DNA from: Selaginella moellendorffii
Taxonomy: Eukaryota; Plantae; Lycopodiophyta
Reading direction: 5' to 3'
NCBI RefSeq assembly: GCF_000143415.4
Contig: NW_003314417.1
Coordinates: 89,219-153,218, forward strand
Length of the DNA stretch: 64,000 nt
Below, in pieces: positions 1-12,655 of the stretch (the stretch's first letter is position 1; each line of letters opens with the position of its first letter). The translations under genes and the position numbers were made by a program. Below the pieces are notes generated by a model. The model was not told the DNA's origin. It ran no database searches and was given only the letters and a program-made list of their open reading frames with translations.

Positions 1-16
1 GCCAGGGTTAATGGGC

Positions 17-833
17 AGGTTTAATATAAATGTGGTAGCAAGCTAGATAGATATTTATGTATGTTTTAAAATGTAAAACCAGACACATAATAGAAATTCT
101 ATTATTCTTTAGTAAACTATGAATGTTAGAGGCATTATTATAGTTCAGATAAAAAGAATTTAACTCAGTATGCAGTTAAAATTATAATTTCTCAAACTAA
201 CCTATTAATTTTTTGGTAGTCTATGATTCTTTGGTTTTGTGAAAACTCAATTGCTTTTCAAGCATGGCAGAAATTCTGTAGATTTGTTTAGGGTTGTGCA
301 CCATGTTATAAAGGTAATAAAAACATCAAATTTAAATTTAATGATGATAAAAAATGATCTTATCTTCCCCAACACTTGCATTATTATCTTTTTGAATTAT
401 TGTGCATTTCCCTTGAGATGAATAGTAGAAAATTTTAGATAAATCTAACTTTATATACAAGAAAAATTTCTAAAACTGTAAAACTAGAAAAACAAGATTT
501 ATCTATCTTGGGTATGCTATACCTCCCAGAGATAAACTATATCAAGATCTAAAATCAAGCTTTGAATATGAGAGCTTCTCGAGTGAGAGTCTCAGAATAG
601 GGGGAATAATATATGTTAGTCATCATTTCTATTGTCACTTGAATATTCACAACAATGAAATTATAACTAAATTTTTTATTGAGAATTCATCTATGATTTC
701 TGATTTATCATTTATCTGATAATAAATTATAATGCATCTGATAAATTTAACTTTGTATACAATAAAATTAGAAAAGAAGAATTATTTATCTTGGGTATGC
801 TATATCTCCCAGCGGAGCTGGGGTCTCTGCTAG
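17..833 (+). mobile_element. Helitron-like unit A, 3' part, ending in hairpin + CTAG
   Basis: cccagc-gga-gctggg at 808-822, then gtctctg and CTAG at 830-833, followed by T. This is the canonical Helitron 3' end layout. 17-818 is almost identical to 3196-3997 (offset 3179). Confidence 0.7.
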
Positions 834-3800
834 TCAAACTCTTTTTTTAAAGTTGCTATTTTGGCATCGGCGTCACATATTCCATTTTAAGAATATCCAT
901 TTTTACTTATGGTAGATACTATTAATCTGACTGTCCAAATCTGTGACGATTGATATAGACGGCCAAGATGGCAATATGGGAGGTACTGTTTCAATTCTAG
1001 ATTTGCAACCGCTCCATCGACTGGGAGGGAATGCTTTGCTTAAGTATGCTTTGCAGATTGATATGTAGATGGTACGTTTCATTTATCCTATTTCTAACCC
1101 TAGGAAGGGATTTGTCTCTGTTTGTAGAGTTCGTAGAATTACCGAGTTCGTGAAGAAAAGAGTCACACTTATGGCAAAAGTACTCAACTGAGAATATCAT
1201 CTGGTAAAAGAGTCTCGACCCCCCTATCGTCGTCCCTGCGATTCTAACTTGAGATGTTCCAGGATGACCAAGATATTCCGGCCAATTGCAGCAACGGCGG
1301 CGTCGAGCCTGGTGAGGGACCAAAAAACCTCCTACCAAAAGCCGAAACCTACATTTGTTCCTTATCCAACATCTTTGAGTGAGTTCCTTCGATTTAGACA
1401 CTAGAAAAAACTCTAACGCGTTCATTTTTGGACAGCTCCGGAAGAAGTCCTGGGAACGGCACTGGAAAATACTGAAGTTAAATATGTAAAATATGAAAAG
1501 TTCAAATAAAGTAAAACACATAAAAGTAAAACATTTAATGCAATTAAAAATTTTCAGTTTGAAATGATGTAAAACTAACTTCATAACAATGTCTATATTT
1601 TTAAATTTATAAAATATATTTTATTGTAATGAATTAACACTTACTGTAGTAAGAGTAAAAATTATAGTGTTGAATAAATCATCAAGTAATAATACTTTTT
1701 CTTATCAATTATATAGTTCAAAAATAAAAGAAACAATTAATTACCTAACCTCAATCTCTAAATGACTCATCTGCCCAAGGGATTCCATTGTAAGCTATTC
1801 CATTTATAAAATATCCAAAACTTCACTCAGCAGTTAAAATTTTATATGAAATATAATGCTCTGAGCTATATTTATTATGTTATGATATGTGCTGGTGATA
1901 GGGTCAATTATAGAATTGAATTTTAAAATAAATATTATATTATGTTTAACTATATATGTTATCATTATGATTATTTATGAAATTACAATTACAATTACAA
2001 CTCTTTTAAATTACTAAGACATTAGAAATAAACACAATGCTCCCAATGTAGCTGGGACTCTAATCCTTAATTTTCATTTCTCCCAGCATTGATAATATTA
2101 TTACACTATATTAAATATAGTAACATTTACAAAATATATTAATACTATTATTTAAGTGCTAGATCTAGCATTTCTTAAAAAATTAATCTTTACTTGTTTA
2201 TAATCATGTTATAATTTATATAATTTCAGTTTTATTATATTAATTTCAATTTTATATTTAAACTGAAATTCTTTAAATTTTTATGTATATATAATTTAAA
2301 ATCCTTTGGCTAGACACAATCTTGAATAAGACACAATTGTTGCAGGTTTCAGAGTTTATTAAAGCTTTCAAAGTCATAACATCTATAAGCTTTTATGATC
2401 ATAACTTCTAGGATGATATCATCTAAATATAATCTTGAGAAATCATAGTTTAATATTTTCAAATTTATTTCTAACAATCTAGATATTTAATTGGAAGTTG
2501 TTCTACTAATGTTTAACCTGAAACTCTTTTTCATGAGAAGTTCATTTAGAAATCTCTTTTATTACATTTTTAATCCTTATTTGTAAAAATTTCTTCGATG
2601 TTTTTCCTTCTCAAGTATTTTGTCTCTTCATCATTTGAATTTCATAGTAGTTATCTTTTATATTATAAGGTACAAAATGTCTTACACACTCTTGATCTAT
2701 GTTAAAGTATGTTCTGCATTATAGGTGTATTAATAATTTTATTTTATAAAAACTCTCATATAAGTATTTTAAAATTATTATTTCTATATTTGCCAGTGGA
2801 GTTATATTTGCCAGACTTATATAAAGCATATGTTTTAACTATAGAAAATAAATCATTGTTTCAATATTTAGACAAAATTTAAAACTCATATAAAGCTGAT
2901 GATAGATTTAAGAAGGTTATGAGCAAGAAGATTAAATAAAAATATAAAAGTCTTTGCTAAATTTTCAGATATTATTAAGAAATTGATTTGATATTTGTAT
3001 GTGTATGAGATATCTTATTCCATATTAGATACCACATCTTATATCAGACATGAATTTATAATTTTATCATGAAGCAGTAATACAGATTTGTCTTAATACA
3101 AAATTATATCTCTAATGTAATTATTATCTTTGGATGAATATAAAAGAGAATATTAGTTTGCTCTGGAATCTAGAATCTAAACCATTCAGCTTATGAGGTT
3201 TAATATAAATGTGGTAGCAAGCTAGATAGATATTTATGTATGTTTTAAAATGTAAAACCAGACACATAATAGAAATTCTATTATTCTTTAGTAAACTATG
3301 AATGTTAGAGGCATTATTATAGTTCAGATAAAAAGAATTTAACTCAGTATGCAGTTAAAATTATAATTTCTCAAACTAACCTATTAATTTTTTGGTAGTC
3401 TATGATTCTTTGGTTTTGTGAAAACTCAATTGCTTTTCAAGCATGGCAGAAATTCTGTAGATTTGTTTAGGGTTGTGCACCATGTTATAAAGGTAATAAA
3501 AACATCAAATTTAAATTTAATGATGATAAAAAATGATCTTATCTTCCCCAACACTTGCATTATTATCTTTTTGAATTATTGTGCATTTCCCTTGAGATGA
3601 ATAGTAGAAAATTTTAGATAAATCTAACTTTATATACAAGAAAAATTTCTAAAACTGTAAAACTAGAAAAACAAGATTTATCTATCTTGGGTATGCTATA
3701 CCTCCCAGAGATAAACTATATCAAGATCTAAAATCAAGCTTTGAATATGAGAGCTTCTCGAGTGAGAGTCTCAGAATAGGGGGAATAATATATGTTAGTC

Positions 3801-4000
3801 ATCATTTCTATTGTCACTTGAATATTCACAACAATGAAATTATAACTAAATTTTTTATTGAGAATTCATCTATGATTTCTGATTTATCATTTATCTGATA
3901 ATAAATTATAATGCATCTGATAAATTTAACCTTGTATACAATAAAATTAGAAAAGAAGAACTATTTATCTTGGGTATGCTATATCTCCCAGCGGAGCTAG
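834..4000 (+). mobile_element. Non-autonomous Helitron-like unit B
   Basis: Starts TC (tcaaactctttttttaaagttgctattttggc), a ~115-bp head shared with 4001 and, more diverged, with 22433. A GC-richer cargo at ~950-1460 is followed by AT-rich modules. Ends CTAG at 3997-4000 with a partly deleted hairpin. Confidence 0.62.
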
Positions 4001-4485
4001 TCAAACTCTTTATTTAAAGTTGCTATTTTGGCATTGGCGTCACATATTCTATTTTTAGAATATCCATTTTTTCTTATGGCAGATGCTCTTGATTCAACGA
4101 TCCAGATCTGTGACGCTCCAAAGCAATGGTGAGGATTGTGACATGGTGGCCAAGAGCTTGGTTTTAGGTTTAAGAAACGGTTATTATGGCTGTTCACAAG
4201 CCACCAGCGACTTGTGAACCTCTAGATATTACGCTACAAACCATCTGTGGGTATGCGNNNNNNNNNNNNNNNNNNNNNNNNNNNNNNNNNNNNNNNNNNN
4301 NNNNNNNNNNNNNNNNNNNNNNNNNNNNNNNNNNNNNNNNNNNNNNNNNNNNNNNNNNNNNNNNNNNNNNNNNNNNNNNNNNNNNNNNNNNNNNNNNNNN
4401 NNNNNNNNNNNNNNNNNNNNNNNNNNNNNNNNNNNNNNNNNNNNNNNNNNNNNNNNNNNNNNNNNNNNNNNNNNNNNNNNNNNNN

Positions 4486-7332
4486 TAAAGAGCGAGTGAG
4501 CTTTTGGTTACTTATGGCCCTTTGATCTTCATGCAGGGGTTCTGAAGTTCTTCTCCAGCTTCCTTTGGAAAAATGTGCCACAGGTAAGAAGAATTCTCCC
4601 AAATATCTGGAAGTTTTTCGTGACTAAAACGTGATTGATCTCTCAGGACGCTGCTACGACGTGCCACAAGGCTTTACATCCAAGCCTCAAGGACGTCACC
4701 GGGCAATACTTCGTGGATTTCAACAAATCCAACTGTAGTGCTTATGGCAGAGATCCCGAGCTCGCTCACAAGCTATGGACCTTCTCCCAGGAGCTTATAG
4801 ACAAGTGTTCTCCGTCCTAAAGGTAAAAGGTTGATGGTGCTAAAGAGCAAGTGAGCTTTCGGTTACTTATGGCCCTTTGATCTTCATGCAGGGGTTCTCA
4901 AGTTCTTCTCCAGCTTCCTTTGGAAAAATGTGCCACAGGTAAGAAGAATTCTCCCAATTATCTGGAAGTTTTTCGTGACTAAACGTGATTGATCTCTCAG
5001 GACGCTGCTACGACGTGCTACACGGCTTTACATCCAAGCCTCAAGGATGTCACCGGGCAATACTTCGTGGATTCCAACAAATCCAGCTGTAGCGCTTATG
5101 GCAGAGATCCCGAGCTCGCTCACAAGCTATGGACCTTCTCCCAGGAGCTTATAGACAAGCGTTCTCCGTCCTAAAGGTAAAAGGTTGATGGTGCTAAAGA
5201 GCGAGTGAGCTTTCGGTTACTTATGGACCTTTGATCTTCATGCAGGGGTTCTCAAGTTCTTCTCCAGCTTCCTTTGGAAAAATGTGCCACAGGTAAGAAG
5301 AATTCTCCCAATCATCTGGAAGTTTTTCATGACTAAAACGTGATTGATCTCTCAGGACGCTGCTACGACGTGCCACACGGCTTTACATCCAAGCCTCAAG
5401 GACGTCACCGGGCAATACTTCGTGGATTCCAACAAATCCAGCTGTAGCGCTTATGGCAGAGATCCCGAGCTCGCTCACAAGCTATGGACCTTCTCCCAGG
5501 AGCTTATAGACAAGCGTTCTCCGTCCTAAAGGTAAAAGGTTGATGGTGCTAAAGAGCGAGTGAGCTTTCGGTTACTTATGGCCCTTTGATCTTCATGCAG
5601 GGGTTCTCAAGTTCTTCTCCAGCTTCCTTTGGAAAAATGTGCCACAGGTAAGAAGAATTCTCCCAATTATCTGGAAGTTTTTTGTGGCTAATACGTGATC
5701 AATCTCTCAGGACGCTGCTACAACGTGCTACATGGCTTTACATCCAAGCCTCAAGGACGTCACCGGGCAATACTTCGTGGATTCCAACAAATCCAGCTGT
5801 AGCGCTTATGGCAGAGATCCCGAGCTCGCTCACAAGCTATGGACCTTCTCCCAGGAGCTTATAGAGAGCGTTCTCCGTCCTAAAGGTAAAAGGTTGATGG
5901 TGCTAAAGAGCAAGTGAGCTTTTGGTTACTTATGGACCTTTGATCTTCATGCAGGGGTTCTCAAATTCTTCTCCAGCTTCCTTTGGAAAAATGTGCCACA
6001 GGTATGAAGAATTCTGCCAATTATCTGGAAGTTTTTCGTGGCTATAACGTGATCAATCTCTCAGGACGCTGCTACGACGTGCTACACGGCTTTACATCCA
6101 AGCCTCAAGGACGTCACCAGGCAATACTTCGTGGATTCCAACAAATCCAGCTGTAGCGCTTATGGCAGAGATCCCGAGCTCGCTCACAAGCTACGGACCT
6201 TCTCCCAGGAGCTTATAGACAAGCGTTCTCCGTCCTAAAGGTAAAAGGTTGATGGTGCTAAAGAGCGAGTGAGCTTTTGGTTACTTATGGACCTTTGATC
6301 TTCATGCAGGGGTTCTCAAATTCTTCTCCAGCTTCCTTTGGAAAAATGTGCCACAGGTATGAAGAATTCTGCCAATTATCTGGAAGTTTTTCGTGACTAA
6401 ACGTGATTGATCTCTCAGGACGCTGCTACGACGTGCTACACGGCTTTACATCCAAGCCTCAAGGATGTCACCGGGCAATACTTCGTGGATTCCAACAAAT
6501 CCAGCTGTAGCGCTTATGGCAGAGATCCCGAGCTCGCTCACAAGCTATGGACCTTCTCCCAGGAGCTTATAGACAAGCGTTCTCCGTCCTAAAGGTAAAA
6601 GGTTGATGGTGCTAAAGAGCGAGTGAGCTTTCGGTTACTTATGGACCTTTGATCTTCATGCAGGGGTTCTCAAGTTCTTCTCCAGCTTCCTTTGGAAAAA
6701 TGTGCCACAGGTAAGAAGAATTCTCCCAATCATCTGGAAGTTTTTCGTGACTAAAACGTGATTGATCTCTCAGGACGCTGCTACGACGTGCTACACGGCT
6801 TTACGTCCAAGCCTCAAGGACGTCACCGGGCAATACTTCGTGGATTTCAACAAATCCAACTGTAGTGCTTATGGCAGAGATCCCGAGCTCGCTCACAAGC
6901 TATGGACCTTCTCCCAGGAGCTTATAGACAAGCATTCTCTGTCCTAAAGGTAAAAGGTTGATGGTGCTAAAGAGCGAGTGAGCTTTTGGTTACTTATGGA
7001 CCTTTGATCTTCATGCAGGGGTTCTCAAGTTCTTCTCCAGCTTCCTTTGGAAAAATATGCCACAGGTAAGAAGAATTCTCCCAATTATCTGGAAGTTTTT
7101 CGTGGCTAATACGTGATCGATCTCTCAGGACGCTGCTACGACGTGCTACATGGCTTTACATCCAAGCCTCAAGGACGTCACTGGGCAATACTTCGTGGAT
7201 TCCAACAAATCCAGCTGTAGCGCTTATGGCAGAGATCCCGAGCTCGCTCACAAGCTATGGACCTTCTCCCAGGAGCTTATAGACAAGCATTCTCTGTCCT
7301 AAAGGTAAAAGGTTGATGGTGCTAGAGAGCGA
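4486..7332 (+). repeat. Tandem array of 8 x 354-355 bp units, each holding the last two exons and intervening intron of a Tic32/retinol-dehydrogenase-type SDR gene
   Basis: Each unit reads cag|VLKFFSSFLWKNVPQ|gt..ag|DAATTCYTALHPSLKDVTGQYFVDSN...LAHKLWTFSQELI..stop, the typical plant SDR C-terminus (PQGAATxCYxALHP..GxYF). Stop positions end at 4820, 5174, 5529, 5883, 6238, 6592, 6947 and 7302. The left end is hidden by a gap. Confidence 0.92.
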
Positions 7333-7412
7333 GCTAGCAAACGAGGACAACTCGGCAATCATTTGTGGATAGACTGTATTTACTGTTCTCAAAAGCTCGA
7401 GCTCGAGCTTGA

Positions 7413-8340
7413 TCAAAAGTAAGACGCGTTGCCTACATTGCGCATTACTAAAACTTTGGTTTCGAGCATGTCGTCCATCGTGTACTTGACACCCTCTTGT
7501 TGGATTGCAGAGTCTTTGATCCCACCGTATGGCTGGCTATCAATGCGCATGCTTGGCGAATCATTGAGGCAAACTCCTCCAGCTTGTGAAGATCGAATAA
7601 TCATCAAACAAACAATCAATACTTTCTATATCTCAAACACAAAGCTACCTCTATGTGCTCAAACACATAGAAAGCCTTGTTTAGATCATGCATAAAGGCG
7701 CTGGCTTGGAGACCGTAATGCATGCTGTTAGCTTCCTTCACGGCTTCCTTGAAATCACTGTGTCACCACCGTTTTAGTTTAGAGAGAGAAAAAAGAGTAA
7801 ATAAGAACTTTAGGAGCTAAGAAACTTTGAGAGCTTACTTGTATGAGTAGAGAAGGATCACGGGACCAAGAATCTCTTCCTTCCTTGCATCTGTGTCAAA
7901 GGGAGCGTCTTCCAGGATCGTTGGCTCCATGAAAGCTCCCCTTTGCTTACTACCAACTAGAAGTTTGGCACCTGCCTTCACTGCCTCGTTCACGCTCTTC
8001 TCCACTATAGCTGCCGACGACTTGGATATCATGGGCCTGATGGACGTGTCATCTTGGCGAGGATCTCCACCTTTGAGTTTCTTAAAGGCAGCAATCAATG
8101 CGGCCTTCACCTACACAATCAGCACCAGATACATTAGATCAAAGCTTGATTTGAGAACAAAGAATACAATAGAATTTAAATACGAGTGTCAGATACCTCC
8201 TTGTAAAGGCCACCTCTCATGTAAAGATGCTGCATGTGAATACACAACTGGCTGCTTTGATAGAATCCCTTGTGGTGCTTTTGTTATATATGCTAAATCC
8301 ATTTACAATATTGACATATTCCCACCTTAACTCCAAGGAA
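7413..8340 (-). pseudogene. Aldehyde dehydrogenase 3' fragment, ALDH21-like, four exons with introns
   Basis: Exons ~8340-8196 (LELxGGN...GFYQSSQLC, the catalytic Cys region, degenerate), 8110-7839 (EPTILED..EEILGPV), 7757-7649 (EANSMHYGLQA) and ~7580-7413 (PYGGIKDS..EGVKYTMDDMLETKVLV). The N-terminal half is absent. Subfamily call is from memory. Confidence 0.8.
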
Positions 8341-9035
8341 GTAGATAGTGGCAATAGAATTTGAGTGTTATAAATGGGTTTTACAAGATGAGAAATATAT
8401 AAACCATTACTGAATCGTAAATTTGAGTATCAAAAAAACAATTAATATTTAAAGTATAGATTTTTTTAGTTAAAAACCAGATAGTGGAGTATTTGAAACA
8501 AGAAAGAAAATAAAAGAGTGCTATTGTTTTGAAATATAAATTACTAATTATGTTATAAACTAATTTATTTTTCTATTCAGAGAAATTGTTGATGATATAA
8601 ATATCCAAAACATGCATATATAGTTGAGTAAATTTAAAAAATGTGATTAGTTTTGGAGGATTTGTATAAGTAAAATTAATTTCTTAAATCATATTTAGTC
8701 TTCAAGAGTAGAGTTTTCTAACATTCATCTTAAAATTAAAATACATAATACCTGTAAATATTATTTTTATAAATGTTTTGATAAATACTTGTTATACTTG
8801 ACTTAAATGTCATTAATATAGTTTATATTATTTGAAAAGTATAGTAAATATCAATATATTTTTTGTTAACATAGCAAAATGATATCTAACTATACAATTT
8901 TAACTTTTAAAACTTCNNNNNNNNNNNNNNNNNNNNNNNNNNNNNNNNNNNNNNNNNNNNNNNNNNNNNNNNNNNNNNNNNNNNNNNNNNNNNNNNNNNN
9001 NNNNNNNNNNNNNNNNNNNNNNNNNNNNNNNNNNN

Positions 9036-12000
9036 CTAAAATAAAAATATAACAATAAATAATTAAATATTTATATTTTTTAATGACATTATATAGTTAC
9101 AAATGATAAATTTACTACTACAATTGTTTTTCTAAAATAAAAATGTAACAATAAATAATTAAATATTTATATTTTTTAATGACATTATATAGATTTTTAT
9201 AAAAAATATATCAACATTAATATTTACATAGTAATGTGTCTGATCCATGTTTATTGAATCATTTAATAGTAATGTATTTTTAAATTGGAATGCATAGTTT
9301 TATCATAAAGCATTAGTACTGGTTTGTCCTAATACAAATATTATATCTCCAATATAATTATTATATTTGGATGTACCTCATTTCAAACACCTATAATGTA
9401 GTGTGAATATCTAGATACATTTACTGTATATTTTTAAATATAAAAAAGACACATAACAGAAATTCTATTATTCTTTTGTAAACTATGAAACTTAGAGGCA
9501 CCATTACAATTCAGATAAAAAGTTTATGCAATAAAAATTATAATTTCTCCAAACTAACCTTTTATTTTTTGGTAGTATATAATTCTTTGGCTTTGTGAAA
9601 ACTCAATTGCTTTTAAAGCCTAACAGCAATCTTCTAGATGTGTTTAGGGTTTTGTAGCTTTTAATAAAGGTAATAAAAAAATTCAAATTCAAATTTAATG
9701 ATGATTAAAAAATGATCTTATCTTCCCCAACACTTGCATTATTATCTCACTGCGTTATTGTCCATTTCTCTGGAGATGAATTGTAGCAAAGTTAAGCTAA
9801 ATTTAACCTTGTATACAATCAGAATTTCTAATATTGTAAAATTTGAAAAGAAGATCTATTTATCTTGGGTATGCTATATCTCCTAGCAGATATTTCAGCA
9901 TACTCTTTGTTCTGTAGAATGAAATCTTTATAAAACAAAGAGTACTTGATTGATTTGATACTACATTATGAAAATTAAACATAATTTTTCTGCACAAAGA
10001 TGGTATGCAGTAGACAGAATAGAAAATATACTTAAAATTTAAAAGTAAATAAAGTAGTGACTATAGAAAATAATATAATTCTATCATATATAGAAATATG
10101 ATAGAAAATAGCTTCAATTCAATTCAATTGAATAAAAGGTGAATTTGTAATTAAAATTGTAATTCTATCAAACCTCCAGCTATTTTATCTTATAAAGTAG
10201 GTTTATTTTTATGAATAATCTTATGATACTTATTACAGATTCATCAATTAATCTATTCACATAGAGTTGTTGGTTAGCTCATATATACTCTAAGATCTGT
10301 GTAAAATTATAAAGTTATAATACTTTTTTTAAGACTAATAATGTGTTCTTTGATACATGGAATAAATAAATAAATATAATGACGTATAGATAAAAATATG
10401 ATTGAGACAACATTAGACACAATACAAAAGAAAACCATCTAAAAAATGTGATTCCTCATCACTTAAACTTTTAATATTATTAAATTACATCTATGAACCA
10501 TTCTTCAATTTTCTGATATGTTATAGTTTAGGACATAAACGATTATGTATCATCAATACCCTAACATCCGAGTATAACCTTACTTTTCATTGAAACATTT
10601 TAGTCTCAATAACATTGTTAAAATGCAATAAATTTAAATTAAAAAAAAGAAGCTTTAGAGATAATAAACTTAATTCATATTAGCATTCTCTTTATATTAA
10701 ACTATATCCATAAACAATGATAATGATAAATAATAATATACTTTAACTTTTAATTAGTTCTCCTAAATATATAAACATAAATATTATGAATGGGGAGAAT
10801 GTCAAATACAAATATAAAAAGAACATAAACAAACAACATGCTATGTACTTATGGAGATTTAATTATATATACATTTTTGAAAACATTTAATTGAAAAAAA
10901 ATATTAAAATAGAATAATAAAAAATTAGTTTCTATAACAATATCTTATATTCTATTTGAACATAGAGGACTTAATAGGTACAAAATGTCTTATACACTCT
11001 TGATTTATTGGTAAAGCATGTTCTATATTATTGGTGTATTAATACTTTTTATTTTATAAAACAGCTAATAAAAGTATTTTAAAAAATATTATTTCTATAT
11101 ATTCCCAGAGGAGTTGTATTTTTTTCCATAAATGTGACAAATAAATTTTCTCTATCTAGAAACCATTAACTTTTATTCTTTTAAATACTTAATTTACCAT
11201 TTTGAACTAACAAGATATTTTCCTTATGTTCTGATAGCAATTGAGATAATACATATGCAGAACAAATCTAGAGCAAGATCAAAAGATTTATGTAAAACAT
11301 ATGGTTTAACTATAGCAAATAAATCATTGTGTCAATATTGAGGCAAAAGATAAAACTCATGTAAAGCTGCTGGTAGATTAAAGTAAAGTTATGAGCAAGA
11401 AGACTAATTAAAAACATAAAAGACTTTGTTAATTTTTTAGATATTATTAAGAAATGGATTTGATATTTGTATGTATATGAGATATCTTATACCATATTAG
11501 ATACCATGCCATATATGAGACATGAATTCATAGTTTTATCATTAAGCTTTAATACAGATTTGTCTTAATACAAACATTATATCTCTGATGTAATTATTAT
11601 ATTTGGATGAAGATAAAAGAATATTAGTTTGATTTAGAATCTAGAATGTAAACTATTCTCCACTGTTGGCTTATGAGCTTTAATATAAATATGGTAGCAA
11701 GCTAGATACATTTATTTATGTATGTTTAAAATCTAAAACCCGACAGATAATAGAATTTCTATTATTCTTTAGTAAAATATGAATGTTAGAGGCATCATTA
11801 TAGTTCAGATAAAAAGAATTTAACTCAGTATGCAATTAAAATTAAAATTTCTCCAAACTAAGCTATTTTGTTTTTGGTAGTCTATGATTTTTTTGTTTTG
11901 TGAAAACTCAAGTGCTTTTCAAGCAAGGCAAAAATCCTGCATGTGTGTTTAGGGTTGTGCACCTTTTTTATAAAGGCAATGAAACATCAAATTCATATTT

Positions 12001-12340
12001 ATTGATGATAAAAAATGATCTTATCTTCCCCAACACATGCATTATTATCTATTTGCATTATTGTGCATTTCTTTAGAGATGAATAGCAGAAAATTTTAGA
12101 TAAATCTAACTTTATATACAATCCAAATTTCTAAAATTGTAAATTTATAAAAAGAAGATTTATTTATCTTGGGTATGCTATATCTCCCAGAGATAAACTA
12201 TATCAAGTTCTAAAATCAAGCTTTGGATATGAGAGCTTCTCTACCAAGAGTCTCAAAATATAATTGAAAAGGGGGAATAATGCAGGTTATTCATCATTTC
12301 TATTGTCACTTGTATATTCACAACAGAATTATAACTTGAA
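9036..12340 (+). repeat. AT-rich modular repeat DNA (Helitron body modules)
   Basis: 9330-9890 and 11670-12330 are diverged copies of 17-655. 9960-10900 resembles 21340-21850 and 62205-63400. There is a 96-bp-period duplication at 9036-9192. Confidence 0.75.
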
Positions 12341-12489
12341 ATTTGGTAACACATTAATATATAACTAATTTATAGATACTTTCAGTTTATAATTTAGATT
12401 TATTTAAAGCTATAATCTAAACCAAAATAGTTTTAATCTAAAAATACAAAAAAATTAGAACATTAATAAAAAAAAATTATATATAAACA

Positions 12490-12655
12490 CTACTCAAACC
12501 TAAATATACTTAACCCTAAGTATCCTAAGACCTTTAACCAATTGCAAAAACTCTTGTTTAAAAACGTTTTTCCTTTATTTAAAATTTTTTGTATCATCTA
12601 GTGAGTCATTCTTTTTGGTTGTATATAATCCACCATTCTTCCTTGGAAACTCACA
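12490..12655 (-). mobile_element. Strongly decayed copy of the Cassandra-type TRIM LTR plus adjacent internal sequence
   Basis: ctactcaaacctaaatatacttaaccctaagtatcctaagacctttaaccaattg aligns with 46156-46210. gtcattctttttggtt..aatccaccattcttcc aligns with 45881-45920. It lies in a ~340-bp block that is absent from paralogous modules at 660 and 3840. Confidence 0.65.

Noticed and set aside
239-421. Duplicated 60-aa ORF (also 3418-3600)
   Set aside because: GTG start in an AT-rich repeat, disrupted in the diverged copies at ~9595 and ~11900.
997-1584. 195-aa minus-strand ORF
   Set aside because: No recognisable motif. It runs from an AT-rich module into cargo whose splice signals suggest the + strand.
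4186-4602. ORFs spanning N runs (also 35323-36496 and 58999-59227)
   Set aside because: Artefacts of assembly gaps.
4486-7332. CRISPR-like or functional 61-aa peptide gene array
   Set aside because: There are no unique spacers. The 61-aa ORFs start at non-ATG codons inside an intron and are just the terminal SDR exon.
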